Source: Bradymonadia bacterium
GTDB lineage: Bacteria; Myxococcota_A; Bradymonadia; UBA7976; UBA1532
Direction of reading: 5' to 3'
Assembly (NCBI GenBank): GCA_046290225.1
Contig: JBKAGE010000037.1
Coordinates: 224,001-288,000, forward strand
DNA: 64,000 nucleotides
Part shown: positions 9,390-17,845 of the stretch, piece after piece
How positions within the stretch are numbered: position 1 is the stretch's first letter
Layout of the letters: each line of letters starts with the position of its first letter
Made by a program: the position numbers and the translations under genes
Notes under the pieces: generated by a model
The model's input: the letters and a program-made list of their open reading frames with translations, nothing else
Database searches by the model: none
What the model was told of the DNA's origin: nothing

Positions 9390-10739
9390 TCAGGCCTCGA
9401 GGGCTCCGATGCTCTCGGTGACCCGCCCCACCTGATGCCCGAAAGACTCCGCGGGCACCCCTGCCCCGCGCAGCGCAGTGAGCACCGCGTGGCTCGTGTT
9501 GCCTCGACGGTGATCGCGGTGGTGCAGGCCTCCCCGTAGACGGCCACCGCCCTTGCCGGCGATCATGATCGGGAACTCGTCATTGCTGTGGGTGTTGCCT
9601 TCGCTCAGCTCTGTGGTGCACAGGATCGAGCAGTTGTCGAGTACGTTGCCATCGCCTTCGGGGGTGTCCCGCAAGATCTCCAGGCAGCGGGCCAGCTCTC
9701 CCATGATGAAGGTGACCGCGTTGTGTACATTGGGCTGGGGCACCGCCTCGTCGTGACACATCTGGTGCAGGCCGTTCTGAGATCCTGCGGGCCAGACGAT
9801 CATCCCCGAACCGGCGCTGCAGTACATCACCGAGAAGGCCCGGGTGAGATCACACGACAGCGCCAGGGCCAGCAGCTCGCTCAAGGCGATGTTCTTCGCC
9901 GCGAGTGGCTCACGGCCGTTCACTGGTGGGATCACGCCGGGATCTGCAGGGGGCAAACACTCAGGGGCGTCTGCAGCGAGGCGTCGTTCGAGAGTGCGCA
10001 CGCTCTCGAAGTGCTGCTCGAGGCGTCGGCGATCGGCGGCACCCACACGGTTCTGCAGGGTGCTGATGCGCCCCATCACCGCATCGAGCACGCTCCTGCG
10101 GGCAAGATCGAGGCGAGGGTTGTCCCCGCTCATGCCGAAGAGGCGCTGATACAGCCGCTGTGGATCACGCTCCGCGGGGTTGGGATTGTTGGGCCCGTTG
10201 TGGCTCAGATGCTGAAAGGTGGTGCCCTCATCAGTGCCGGTGAAGCGCGCCACCCCAAGCTCGAGGGATCGAAATGGCGTGGTGCCCTCGAAATGGGCCG
10301 CGGCGAGCATGTCGACAGAGGGCTGGGCGAAGGTGGTGACGATCGTGTCCCGGGTGGTGCCCACCTGATGGTATCGCGCCCCGGTCATGATGCCGGTCAT
10401 GCCCGAGTGGTGCGGGTGGCTGGCGGTCTTGATCTCCATGCCGGTGATCACGCTCAGCCACGGCTTCACCCCCATGAGCGGGGCCAGCTCGGCCCCAGGC
10501 TGCCAGTTGGCACCTTCTCCATTGGGGATCCACTGGTCTCGCCGGATCCCGTTGCCCCAGAACCACACGCCGAACCGGGTGGGCAACGGCTCGCCATCGG
10601 CCCATGCGGTGCCGTGGGTGTTCATCATGGCCTCGAGGGGCGGCAGGGCCACAGTGGCGGCGACGCCACCCACGATGCCCTTGAGCACGGTACGACGGTG
10701 CAACGCCTTGCGCTGCAGGTGCGGGCTGCGGGCGCTCAT
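9390..10739 (-). CDS. DUF1552 protein (Tat-type signal)
   Basis: HRRTVLKG...LPPLEAM Tat-like start; RSVLD...DRRRLEQHFESVR; ALSCDLTR; EGDGNVLDN. Confidence 0.9.
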   Translation of the reverse strand: MSARSPHLQRKALHRRTVLKGIVGGVAATVALPPLEAMMNTHGTAWADGEPLPTRFGVWFWGNGIRRDQWIPNGEGANWQPGAELAPLMGVKPWLSVITGMEIKTASHPHHSGMTGIMTGARYHQVGTTRDTIVTTFAQPSVDMLAAAHFEGTTPFRSLELGVARFTGTDEGTTFQHLSHNGPNNPNPAERDPQRLYQRLFGMSGDNPRLDLARRSVLDAVMGRISTLQNRVGAADRRRLEQHFESVRTLERRLAADAPECLPPADPGVIPPVNGREPLAAKNIALSELLALALSCDLTRAFSVMYCSAGSGMIVWPAGSQNGLHQMCHDEAVPQPNVHNAVTFIMGELARCLEILRDTPEGDGNVLDNCSILCTTELSEGNTHSNDEFPIMIAGKGGGRLRGGLHHRDHRRGNTSHAVLTALRGAGVPAESFGHQVGRVTESIGALEA

Positions 10740-12538
10740 TCTGGCGCCTCCTCTTCTGGCATGCCCTCTTCCGGCGGGCCCTCTTCTGGAGCCCCCACGG
10801 CGCGGAATGATGGGTGGGTTACGAGGGCGAGGGCCAGCGATCTCACTCGATATCCGCTCTCGACAAAGGCTTCACCCAGCTCTGCGAGGGCCAGGGCCTC
10901 ACCAGGGCCTTCGAGGTGCCCTTGGGCGTATCGGTAGAGCCGGCGGACCTGGCACTCTGTAAAATCGTCTCGCCCGGCGATGAGAGCGCTGAGCTGACGG
11001 CCGCCGAGAAAGTCCTCACCGTCGAGGTTGCCCGAAGCGTCGATGGGCGTCTCGGCTTCGATGGTGCGCCACGCGCCGATGGCGTCGTAATTCTCCAGCG
11101 CGAGGCCGATCGGATCCATGTAGACGTGGCAGCTGGCGCACGTCGGATCTTCTCGGTGGCGCTCGAGCTTGGCTCGAGTGGTGGTGGGCGGCGCCCCGTC
11201 GGGATCAGGCTCGAGGCTGGTGTTCACCCCTGGCGGCGGGGGTGGGATGTCGAAGCAGAGCAGGTGGTTCTGCACGAACTTCCCCCGCAGCGTGGGCGAG
11301 GTCACCGTGGCGTGGGCGTTCATGGCGAGGAACGCGCCGGTGCCCAGCAGACCACCACGTGGGTGGTTGCCCGGCAGGATCATCGCCTCGAACTGCCCCG
11401 GGCGCTCTGGCGCTGGCAAACCGTAGAGCGCAGCCAGGGGGCCGTCGACGAAGACCCTCCGGGTGGTGAGCAGCTCGCGCACGTCGACGTCAGCGTCGAC
11501 GACCAGCCACTTGATCAACGCCTCGACCTCGCGACGCATCGACTGCCCGAGGGTGTCGGTCATCTGGGGGAACAGCGTGCGATCTTTGTCGATGAAGGCG
11601 AGCCGGTCGAGGGTGAAGGCTTCTGCGAAGAAGCCCAGCAGCCCCCGCTCCGCCTTTGGATCATCGAGCATGCGCTCAGCTTCGGCCCTGAGCCCCTCCG
11701 GACTGGAGAGTGTGCCCTCGGCGGCGGCATCGAGCAGGGCGTCGTCTGGCGCGGACTGCCACAGGAACCACGCGAGCTTGGCGGCGAGTTCGAAATCATC
11801 GAGGGCCCGGCCTTCGGCGACCTCGGTGCCGAGCTCTACCCGGAACAGAAAATCAGGGGCCTGGAGCATGGCGCTCACGGTCATCTGCACCCCCGCCCAG
11901 GGGTCTTGCAGCAAGTTGCCAGCCTGGTCGACCACATCGAGCAGGTCCTGCAGCTCTGCCTCAGTGAGCGGGCGACGCCAGAGCAAGCGACCGTGATGGG
12001 CGAAGAACACGCTCAGGCACTCGGGCTCGGGGGTGTCACAGCCCGTCAGCGCAGGACCCTGGCCGTCGCCGAAGAGCTGGGCGGCGACATAGCGGGCGGC
12101 CACCTCGTACTGCTCTGCGGCCCGCGGGCTCACGGTGAGCTCTCCACCGCCGATGACGGAGAAACCATGCAGCGGTGTGTCCGCTTCGAGATCATCGGGC
12201 AAGGCCAGGTCGGCGCCGAAGACGTCGCGGAGACTGTTGCGATATTGCTGCATGGTGAGCCGGAACATGCGCGAAGGCGCGGCCTCGAAGGGCGGCAACA
12301 TCTCGCCACCGCCCATACCCCCTGTGGGGGGCATCATCTCGCCGCCAGCACCATCACCTCCGGCGCCACCCACAGGGCCTGGATCTTCGACCCCCCCAGT
12401 GCCCCCTACGGGACCCACGCCCATGTCGGGCACGATGGGGTTTTGAGGGCTGCTCATCTCGCCATCACAGGCTGCGCATGCACACAGCGCAGCCACGGTG
12501 AGCGCTCGTTTCCAGCGATGGGCGTCGAAGATCTGCAT
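10736..12538 (-). CDS. DUF1592/1588/1595/1587/1585 multi-domain lipoprotein with one CxxCH
   Basis: RLTMQQYRNSLRD, APDFLFRVE, TSPTLRGKFV, CASCH..MDPIG.ALENYDAIG; lipobox-like CAAC; overlaps DUF1552 gene. Confidence 0.88.
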   Translation of the reverse strand: MQIFDAHRWKRALTVAALCACAACDGEMSSPQNPIVPDMGVGPVGGTGGVEDPGPVGGAGGDGAGGEMMPPTGGMGGGEMLPPFEAAPSRMFRLTMQQYRNSLRDVFGADLALPDDLEADTPLHGFSVIGGGELTVSPRAAEQYEVAARYVAAQLFGDGQGPALTGCDTPEPECLSVFFAHHGRLLWRRPLTEAELQDLLDVVDQAGNLLQDPWAGVQMTVSAMLQAPDFLFRVELGTEVAEGRALDDFELAAKLAWFLWQSAPDDALLDAAAEGTLSSPEGLRAEAERMLDDPKAERGLLGFFAEAFTLDRLAFIDKDRTLFPQMTDTLGQSMRREVEALIKWLVVDADVDVRELLTTRRVFVDGPLAALYGLPAPERPGQFEAMILPGNHPRGGLLGTGAFLAMNAHATVTSPTLRGKFVQNHLLCFDIPPPPPGVNTSLEPDPDGAPPTTTRAKLERHREDPTCASCHVYMDPIGLALENYDAIGAWRTIEAETPIDASGNLDGEDFLGGRQLSALIAGRDDFTECQVRRLYRYAQGHLEGPGEALALAELGEAFVESGYRVRSLALALVTHPSFRAVGAPEEGPPEEGMPEEEAPE

Positions 12539-12563
12539 AGATGTTGTGTATGTTAGCACCGAC

Positions 12564-13940
12564 ATGCGTTGCTGCCGACACATACTTGTCCTGCTGGTGG
12601 CCCTGCTGGGCTGCGCGAGCTGTGCCGAAGAGGTCGTCTCTGATGCCATGACGCCTCGACCTGAGCGTGATGCATCTCTGGTGGGCTTCCCAGATGCCTA
12701 CGTCTCCACATCAGATGCACAACTGCTCGATGGGGATGTGTTTGACCAGGGCGGGCCCGATGATGGTCCGGATGCTGATCGCACAGACGCCGATCTCACA
12801 GATGCCGATCTCACAGATGCCGATCTCACTGCCGACGCCCGCGTGATCACTGATGCAGGCCCGGTGCTGCCAGACTTCGGCCCCGAGAGCCCCGCATGCA
12901 CAGCCTCCGATCTCGATGGTGACGGCTTCGGCACGCACAGCAGCTGTCAGCGCCTCGACTGCGACGATCGCAACGCCGCGGTGTTCCCTGGCGCCGCCGA
13001 GGCCTGTGACGGCCGCGACGATGACTGCGACGCCCGCATCGACGAAGGGCTCTTCACCGCCCGGTGCGGTGAGGGCGCGTGCGCGCGAGAGGTGCCCAAC
13101 TGCCTCGACGGCCGCCCGAACCGTTGTGAGCCCGGCGAGCCCTCACCCGAGCAATGCAACGGTGAAGATGATGACTGCGACGGCCTCGTCGACGAAGAAG
13201 CTGATGGGCCACCGTGTGGCGTCGGCGTATGCACTCGCGAGGCATTCTGCGATGGCGAGAGGGGCCGAGTGTGCACTCCAGGAGCGCCCTCACCTGAGCA
13301 GTGCAACGGCGAAGACGACGATTGCGACGGCCTCACTGACGAAGGCCTGTCCGGCGCTGAGGTGCGTCAGCTCAGCTACGAGCGAGATCTGCAACCCGAG
13401 CACGACGGCTGCAGCGGCGTGGGCCTCGCAGGGCGTGTCAGCCCGGACTGCAATGCCGCCATCAACCGCTTCTGCAGCGCGGTCGATTGCCGCGACACGG
13501 GCTTTGGTCCGGTGGAGAACAGCGGCGACATCTCTGTGGTGACCTGCCTCTCGGTGGCCCGTGTGCTGGAGCTCTCCTTCGAGACCCTCAGCGCGCAACA
13601 TCCGGGCTGTCGCGCCGGCGCACCGGTTCAGAGTCCGGACTGCAACGCCGCCATCCACCGCTGGTGCAGCCGCAATGGCTACGTGAGCGGCTTCGGCCCC
13701 CTCGAGGTGGGCCCTGACGCCGCTCGGGTCGCATGCGTCAGTGACGGCGCTCAGGTCTTCGAGGGTCGCTACTCGACCTTGCGCACAATGCACCCGATCT
13801 GTGACGGGGCCACCCAGCGTATGGGCCCGGAGTGCAATGCGGCCATTCACCGCTGGTGTGCAGATCAGGGCTTCGCCAGTGGCTTCGGGCCCATCGAGAA
13901 CAATGGTGATCTCGCCTTCCTGACCTGTGTCGCCCGCTGA
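12564..13940 (+). CDS. Lipoprotein with MopE-like metal-binding repeats and three Cys-rich C-terminal repeats
   Basis: Lipobox-like LLGC; DCDD..AVFPGAAEACDGRDDDCD and two E.CNGEDDDCDGL.DE; three CNAAI(N/H)R(F/W)C...GFGP.E units. Confidence 0.8.
   Translation: MRCCRHILVLLVALLGCASCAEEVVSDAMTPRPERDASLVGFPDAYVSTSDAQLLDGDVFDQGGPDDGPDADRTDADLTDADLTDADLTADARVITDAGPVLPDFGPESPACTASDLDGDGFGTHSSCQRLDCDDRNAAVFPGAAEACDGRDDDCDARIDEGLFTARCGEGACAREVPNCLDGRPNRCEPGEPSPEQCNGEDDDCDGLVDEEADGPPCGVGVCTREAFCDGERGRVCTPGAPSPEQCNGEDDDCDGLTDEGLSGAEVRQLSYERDLQPEHDGCSGVGLAGRVSPDCNAAINRFCSAVDCRDTGFGPVENSGDISVVTCLSVARVLELSFETLSAQHPGCRAGAPVQSPDCNAAIHRWCSRNGYVSGFGPLEVGPDAARVACVSDGAQVFEGRYSTLRTMHPICDGATQRMGPECNAAIHRWCADQGFASGFGPIENNGDLAFLTCVAR
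12772..12836 (+). repeat. In-frame 15-bp tandem repeat (DADLT)
   Basis: GA(T/C)GCCGATCTCAC(A/T) x3 plus a degenerate unit. Confidence 0.85.
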
Positions 13941-13995
13941 TCCTCCACCGGGCCAACGACCACCACGTGCACATGGCCCCCCACCCTCGGGAGCA

Positions 13996-15084
13996 ATGTG
14001 GCGACAGTGGGTACGCCTCACCTTCACCTGGTTGCGCACATGGCCTGGGATCGTGTGCCTCGTGTGTGTGGTGCTCATCGCTGGTCTCATCTTCGGCGCC
14101 AGGGCGGTGCTCGACGAAGAGGCCCCGACGACGTGCGGTGAGGGGGCGAGGTGCACCGTGGGCACGCACTTCGTGCACCGCGGAGATACAGCCAACGGCA
14201 CGCGCCGCTTCGACACCTATGGCTGCGCCCCAGGTAAAGACGAGTCGGGGCCGGAGCTGATCTATCCGCTCGACGTGGCAGAGGACGGGTTTCTCGCCCT
14301 GGAGCTCAGCGCGTTGGACGACGGTGCTGACGTCGACATCCACCTGCTCAGCGCAGAAGATCCGCAAAGATGCCTCGCCCGAGGGCACTGGCGCCTCGGG
14401 CGGTGGCTGACCGCCGGTCGCTATTGGGTGGTGGCAGACACCTGGGTCGATGGCTCGGGCAAGGCGCACTCAGGGGCTTTCACCCTCACAGGTCATCTCA
14501 CCACCGCCGCCGATCTCGAAGGTGCAGGGATGGGCCCTCAGGTGGCCTCCGAGGCGCTGTATGCCCTGGGCGTAGGGTGGGCCGATACAGAAACCAAGCG
14601 CTTCGATTATGCCATCACCGACTTCTCGAGGCCTTCGTCCGAAGCGCGACTCTGGATCTTCGATCTGCTCACTGGCGAGCAGCTGTGGCGACTGCACGTC
14701 ACCCATGGCTCCGCCTCTTCTGATCCTGATGACGCCACCCGAGCGGTGACGTTCTCGAACATCCCCGAGAGCCATCAGTCCAGCCTGGGCATGATCCGCA
14801 CCGCAGAGTCCTATGTGGGTGAGTATGGCGTCTCTCACCGCCTCGATGGCCTGGAGGAAGGCTTCAACGACAACGTGCGCCGCCGATTCATCGTGTTGCA
14901 CCCCTGGGCGGGCAGCCGGCCGGCCTATGTGAAGGCCCATGGCATGACAGCCCCGAGTTGGGGGTGTGCAGCCATTGACGACGAGGTGGCCCCCGAGGTG
15001 GTCGCTCGCCTCGCAAACGGCGCGCTGATGTTGTTCTGGCATCCGGAGAGCGAATGGCATCGTCGCTCGAAATACATGCCATGA
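13996..15084 (+). CDS. Murein L,D-transpeptidase-family (YkuD_2-like) protein with PPC-like domain, copy 1 (TM anchor)
   Basis: DFSRPSS..RLWIFDL, VTHGSAS, FSNIPESHQSSLG, RLDGLE.GFNDN..RR.IVLH...SWGC. Confidence 0.82.
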   Translation: MWRQWVRLTFTWLRTWPGIVCLVCVVLIAGLIFGARAVLDEEAPTTCGEGARCTVGTHFVHRGDTANGTRRFDTYGCAPGKDESGPELIYPLDVAEDGFLALELSALDDGADVDIHLLSAEDPQRCLARGHWRLGRWLTAGRYWVVADTWVDGSGKAHSGAFTLTGHLTTAADLEGAGMGPQVASEALYALGVGWADTETKRFDYAITDFSRPSSEARLWIFDLLTGEQLWRLHVTHGSASSDPDDATRAVTFSNIPESHQSSLGMIRTAESYVGEYGVSHRLDGLEEGFNDNVRRRFIVLHPWAGSRPAYVKAHGMTAPSWGCAAIDDEVAPEVVARLANGALMLFWHPESEWHRRSKYMP

Positions 15085-15100
15085 CGCACTCAGGTGGTGC

Positions 15101-16327
15101 TCAGGTTGCCTCCTGAACACCACGGCGCGCGACGCCGGCCAGGGCGAGCCAGCCCAACCCCCCGACAACCCAACACACCCACGCGCCGGCGGTGGGCGAG
15201 CCCACGTGGTCAATCACCACGCCCGAGACGAGGGCCATGACCGCCTGTGTGCCGCTGAACGCCAGGAAGTCGAAGGCAGTGACTCGACCGAGGATGGGCC
15301 CCGGCGTACTGGCTTGCATCTGCGCAGTCGAGGACACCCAGTTGTGCCCGCTCCCTGCACCCCAGAGCACGAGCGCCGGCAGCGCGATCCACGGTGTGTC
15401 GAACACCAGGAAGAGCGCCACCCCGATCAAGCCAAGCGGCGTGCTTCGATTGGCGACCCTCGCCAGCCAGCGCTCGGGGAGCAGCGGCCCGATCCCAGTA
15501 CCCACAGCACGCAGCATGTTGAACAGCCCGAGGGCCATGGCTGCGCCCAGTGCCGGCAGGCGGGTCTCGGCGAGCAGGCTCATGGTGACCCAGGCCCCGG
15601 CGTTGGCTGCAGCCATGGGGCTCTTCGCGAGCAATGCCACACAGACCAGGGGTCTCGGGCGCGCGAAACGCCACGCCACCCACATCTGCTTGAGGCCCGG
15701 CCGTGGCTGCCCGGCGCCTGCTCGGCCCTCACTCGGGGGCAACGGCGGCAAGCCCCACACCACGGCAGCAGCGCACACAAAGGTGAGCGCGTCGAGCAAG
15801 ATGGCCTCGCCGGGGCCGAGCAGCGCGGCCAGCACACCCCCAAGGGCAGTGCCGGCGGCGAAGAGTACGCTCCAGGTGAGGCCCAGCAAGGCATTGGCGA
15901 TGTGCAGCTCTTCGGCAGAGACCAGACTCGGGATCGCCGCGGTCCGCGCAGTCATCCCCAGGCCCGACACCAGCACCCGAGCCACCAACAGCCCCTGCAC
16001 CAGCGCCACGCTGCCGCTCTCCGCCGCCTGCCACATGGCCAGAGTGACGAGACCAGCGACGCAGTAAGCCCCCATGAGCAGCCGGCGTCTGTCGAACCGG
16101 TCGGCCAGGGGGCCGGAGATGGGCGACATGAGGGCCAGGGGCAGGGTGTGGGCCACCATCACCATGGCCACCGAGACCGCGCTCCCGCCCTGCTTCACGG
16201 AGATGAGGCTCACTGCCACATAGCTCAGCCAGTCCCCGAGCATGGAGATCATGTTGCTGATCCACAGCCGCCTCAGCGGCCTGTTGTGGCGAATCAGCTG
16301 GCCAAAGGCTCTCAGATCTCTCGACAC
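15101..16327 (-). CDS. MFS transporter (DHA3/H+ antiporter-like)
   Basis: LRRLWISNMISMLGDW, GPLADRFDRRRL MFS motif, many hydrophobic segments. Confidence 0.9.
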   Translation of the reverse strand: MSRDLRAFGQLIRHNRPLRRLWISNMISMLGDWLSYVAVSLISVKQGGSAVSVAMVMVAHTLPLALMSPISGPLADRFDRRRLLMGAYCVAGLVTLAMWQAAESGSVALVQGLLVARVLVSGLGMTARTAAIPSLVSAEELHIANALLGLTWSVLFAAGTALGGVLAALLGPGEAILLDALTFVCAAAVVWGLPPLPPSEGRAGAGQPRPGLKQMWVAWRFARPRPLVCVALLAKSPMAAANAGAWVTMSLLAETRLPALGAAMALGLFNMLRAVGTGIGPLLPERWLARVANRSTPLGLIGVALFLVFDTPWIALPALVLWGAGSGHNWVSSTAQMQASTPGPILGRVTAFDFLAFSGTQAVMALVSGVVIDHVGSPTAGAWVCWVVGGLGWLALAGVARRGVQEAT

Positions 16328-16440
16328 GCTCTTCCCGGCTCCGTGTGTGCGGTGCGTAGAGGATGGAACAGCCAGCGAAGGGTTGCTCGATCCTGCTCAT
16401 GTGTGCTGTTGTCACCCCACTGTAGATCAGGAGGTGTGAC

Positions 16441-17742
16441 ATGGCAGACGCGCGACCGTGCTTCAGGTCCCCCGCGGCGCTGACCCTCAATGCCGCGCTG
16501 CTCGCAGCTCTGCCATGGATGACCTCAGGATGTGACGACGGCGATACGGCATCTGCGGGCGAGCCTCCTGCAGCATCTGCAGCCCCTGACGCCACAGTGA
16601 AGATGCCCGGCGACGAGGTCGACAGGGCCCCTGAACAAGATGCTCTGCCCAACGACCCGCCCACACCAGATGCGCCCATAGACGACGCAGGGCGCATGGA
16701 TGCTCCGGACGATCCGCCGCCTGATGAGCCGCAGCCTGACGAGCCACCACCCGATGAGCCTCCACCAGATATGCCCCCGCCTGAGGCTTGCCCAGAGGGG
16801 GTGATCTGCCTCGAGGGGCCTGACTTCGAGCATCGCGGCGACACCACCCATGCCGCGCGCCGATTCGATGCCTACGGGTGTGCCCCCGACACAGATGAGT
16901 CGGGCCCCGAGGTGATGTACCGGCTCGACCTCGCCGAGGGGGGCTTCCTTGCCCTGGAGCTCGGCGACATGCAGATGGGCGCTGACGTCGACATCCACCT
17001 GCTCGAGGCTGATGATCCTACAGCCTGCATCGACCGCGGACACTGGCGCGCAGGCCAGTGGCTGCCGGCGGGGCGCTACTGGCTGGTGGCCGACACCTGG
17101 GTCGACGAGGTGGGCACGGCATACCCGGGGGCGTACACCCTCACCGGGCACCTCACCACAGCAGCCGATCTCGAAGCTGAGGGCATCGCCCCCCAACTGG
17201 CCTCTGATGCGCTGTATGCCTTCGGTGTGGGCTGGTCGAGAGAAGAGACCGCCCGCTTCGACTACGCCATCATCGACTTCTCGATGCACTCTTCCGATGC
17301 GCGACAGTGGGTCTTCGACCTGCTCACGGGTGACTTGCTCTGGCGCCTGCACGTGGCCCACGGCGAGGCCTCGTCCGATCCGAACGATCCAGCATGGTCG
17401 GTGGTGTTCTCGAACATCCCCGAGAGTCATCAATCCAGCCTGGGCATGATCCGTACAGCGGAATCCTATGTGGGCGACTGGGGCATCTCCTACCGCCTCG
17501 ACGGCCTCGAGCCAGGCTTCAACGACAACGTGCGCCGTCGAGACATCGTCATGCATCCCTGGGAAGAGAGTCGGCCAGAGTACGTGAACACGCACGGCAT
17601 CACAGGCACCACCTGGGGCTGTCCGGGGATAGACGATCGCGTCGCCCCTGCGGTGGTGGATCGTCTCGCAGACGGTACGCTGATGTTCTTCTGGCACCCG
17701 GGGAGTAACTGGCACCGCCAATCTGCGTATATTCCTCGGTAG
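16441..17742 (+). CDS. Murein L,D-transpeptidase-family (YkuD_2-like) lipoprotein with PPC-like domain, copy 2
   Basis: AGGAGG RBS; lipobox TSGC; Pro/Asp linker; same motifs as copy 1 with IVMH...TWGC. Confidence 0.82.
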   Translation: MADARPCFRSPAALTLNAALLAALPWMTSGCDDGDTASAGEPPAASAAPDATVKMPGDEVDRAPEQDALPNDPPTPDAPIDDAGRMDAPDDPPPDEPQPDEPPPDEPPPDMPPPEACPEGVICLEGPDFEHRGDTTHAARRFDAYGCAPDTDESGPEVMYRLDLAEGGFLALELGDMQMGADVDIHLLEADDPTACIDRGHWRAGQWLPAGRYWLVADTWVDEVGTAYPGAYTLTGHLTTAADLEAEGIAPQLASDALYAFGVGWSREETARFDYAIIDFSMHSSDARQWVFDLLTGDLLWRLHVAHGEASSDPNDPAWSVVFSNIPESHQSSLGMIRTAESYVGDWGISYRLDGLEPGFNDNVRRRDIVMHPWEESRPEYVNTHGITGTTWGCPGIDDRVAPAVVDRLADGTLMFFWHPGSNWHRQSAYIPR

Positions 17743-17845
17743 ACAGCACCTTACCCCCCCGCCCAAAACGCCCCGCGCCGTACGTTGCGAGACACCCGGC
17801 ATTGTGTGTAGAACGCCTTCATGTCCGCCCTGAGGAGAGACGCTC

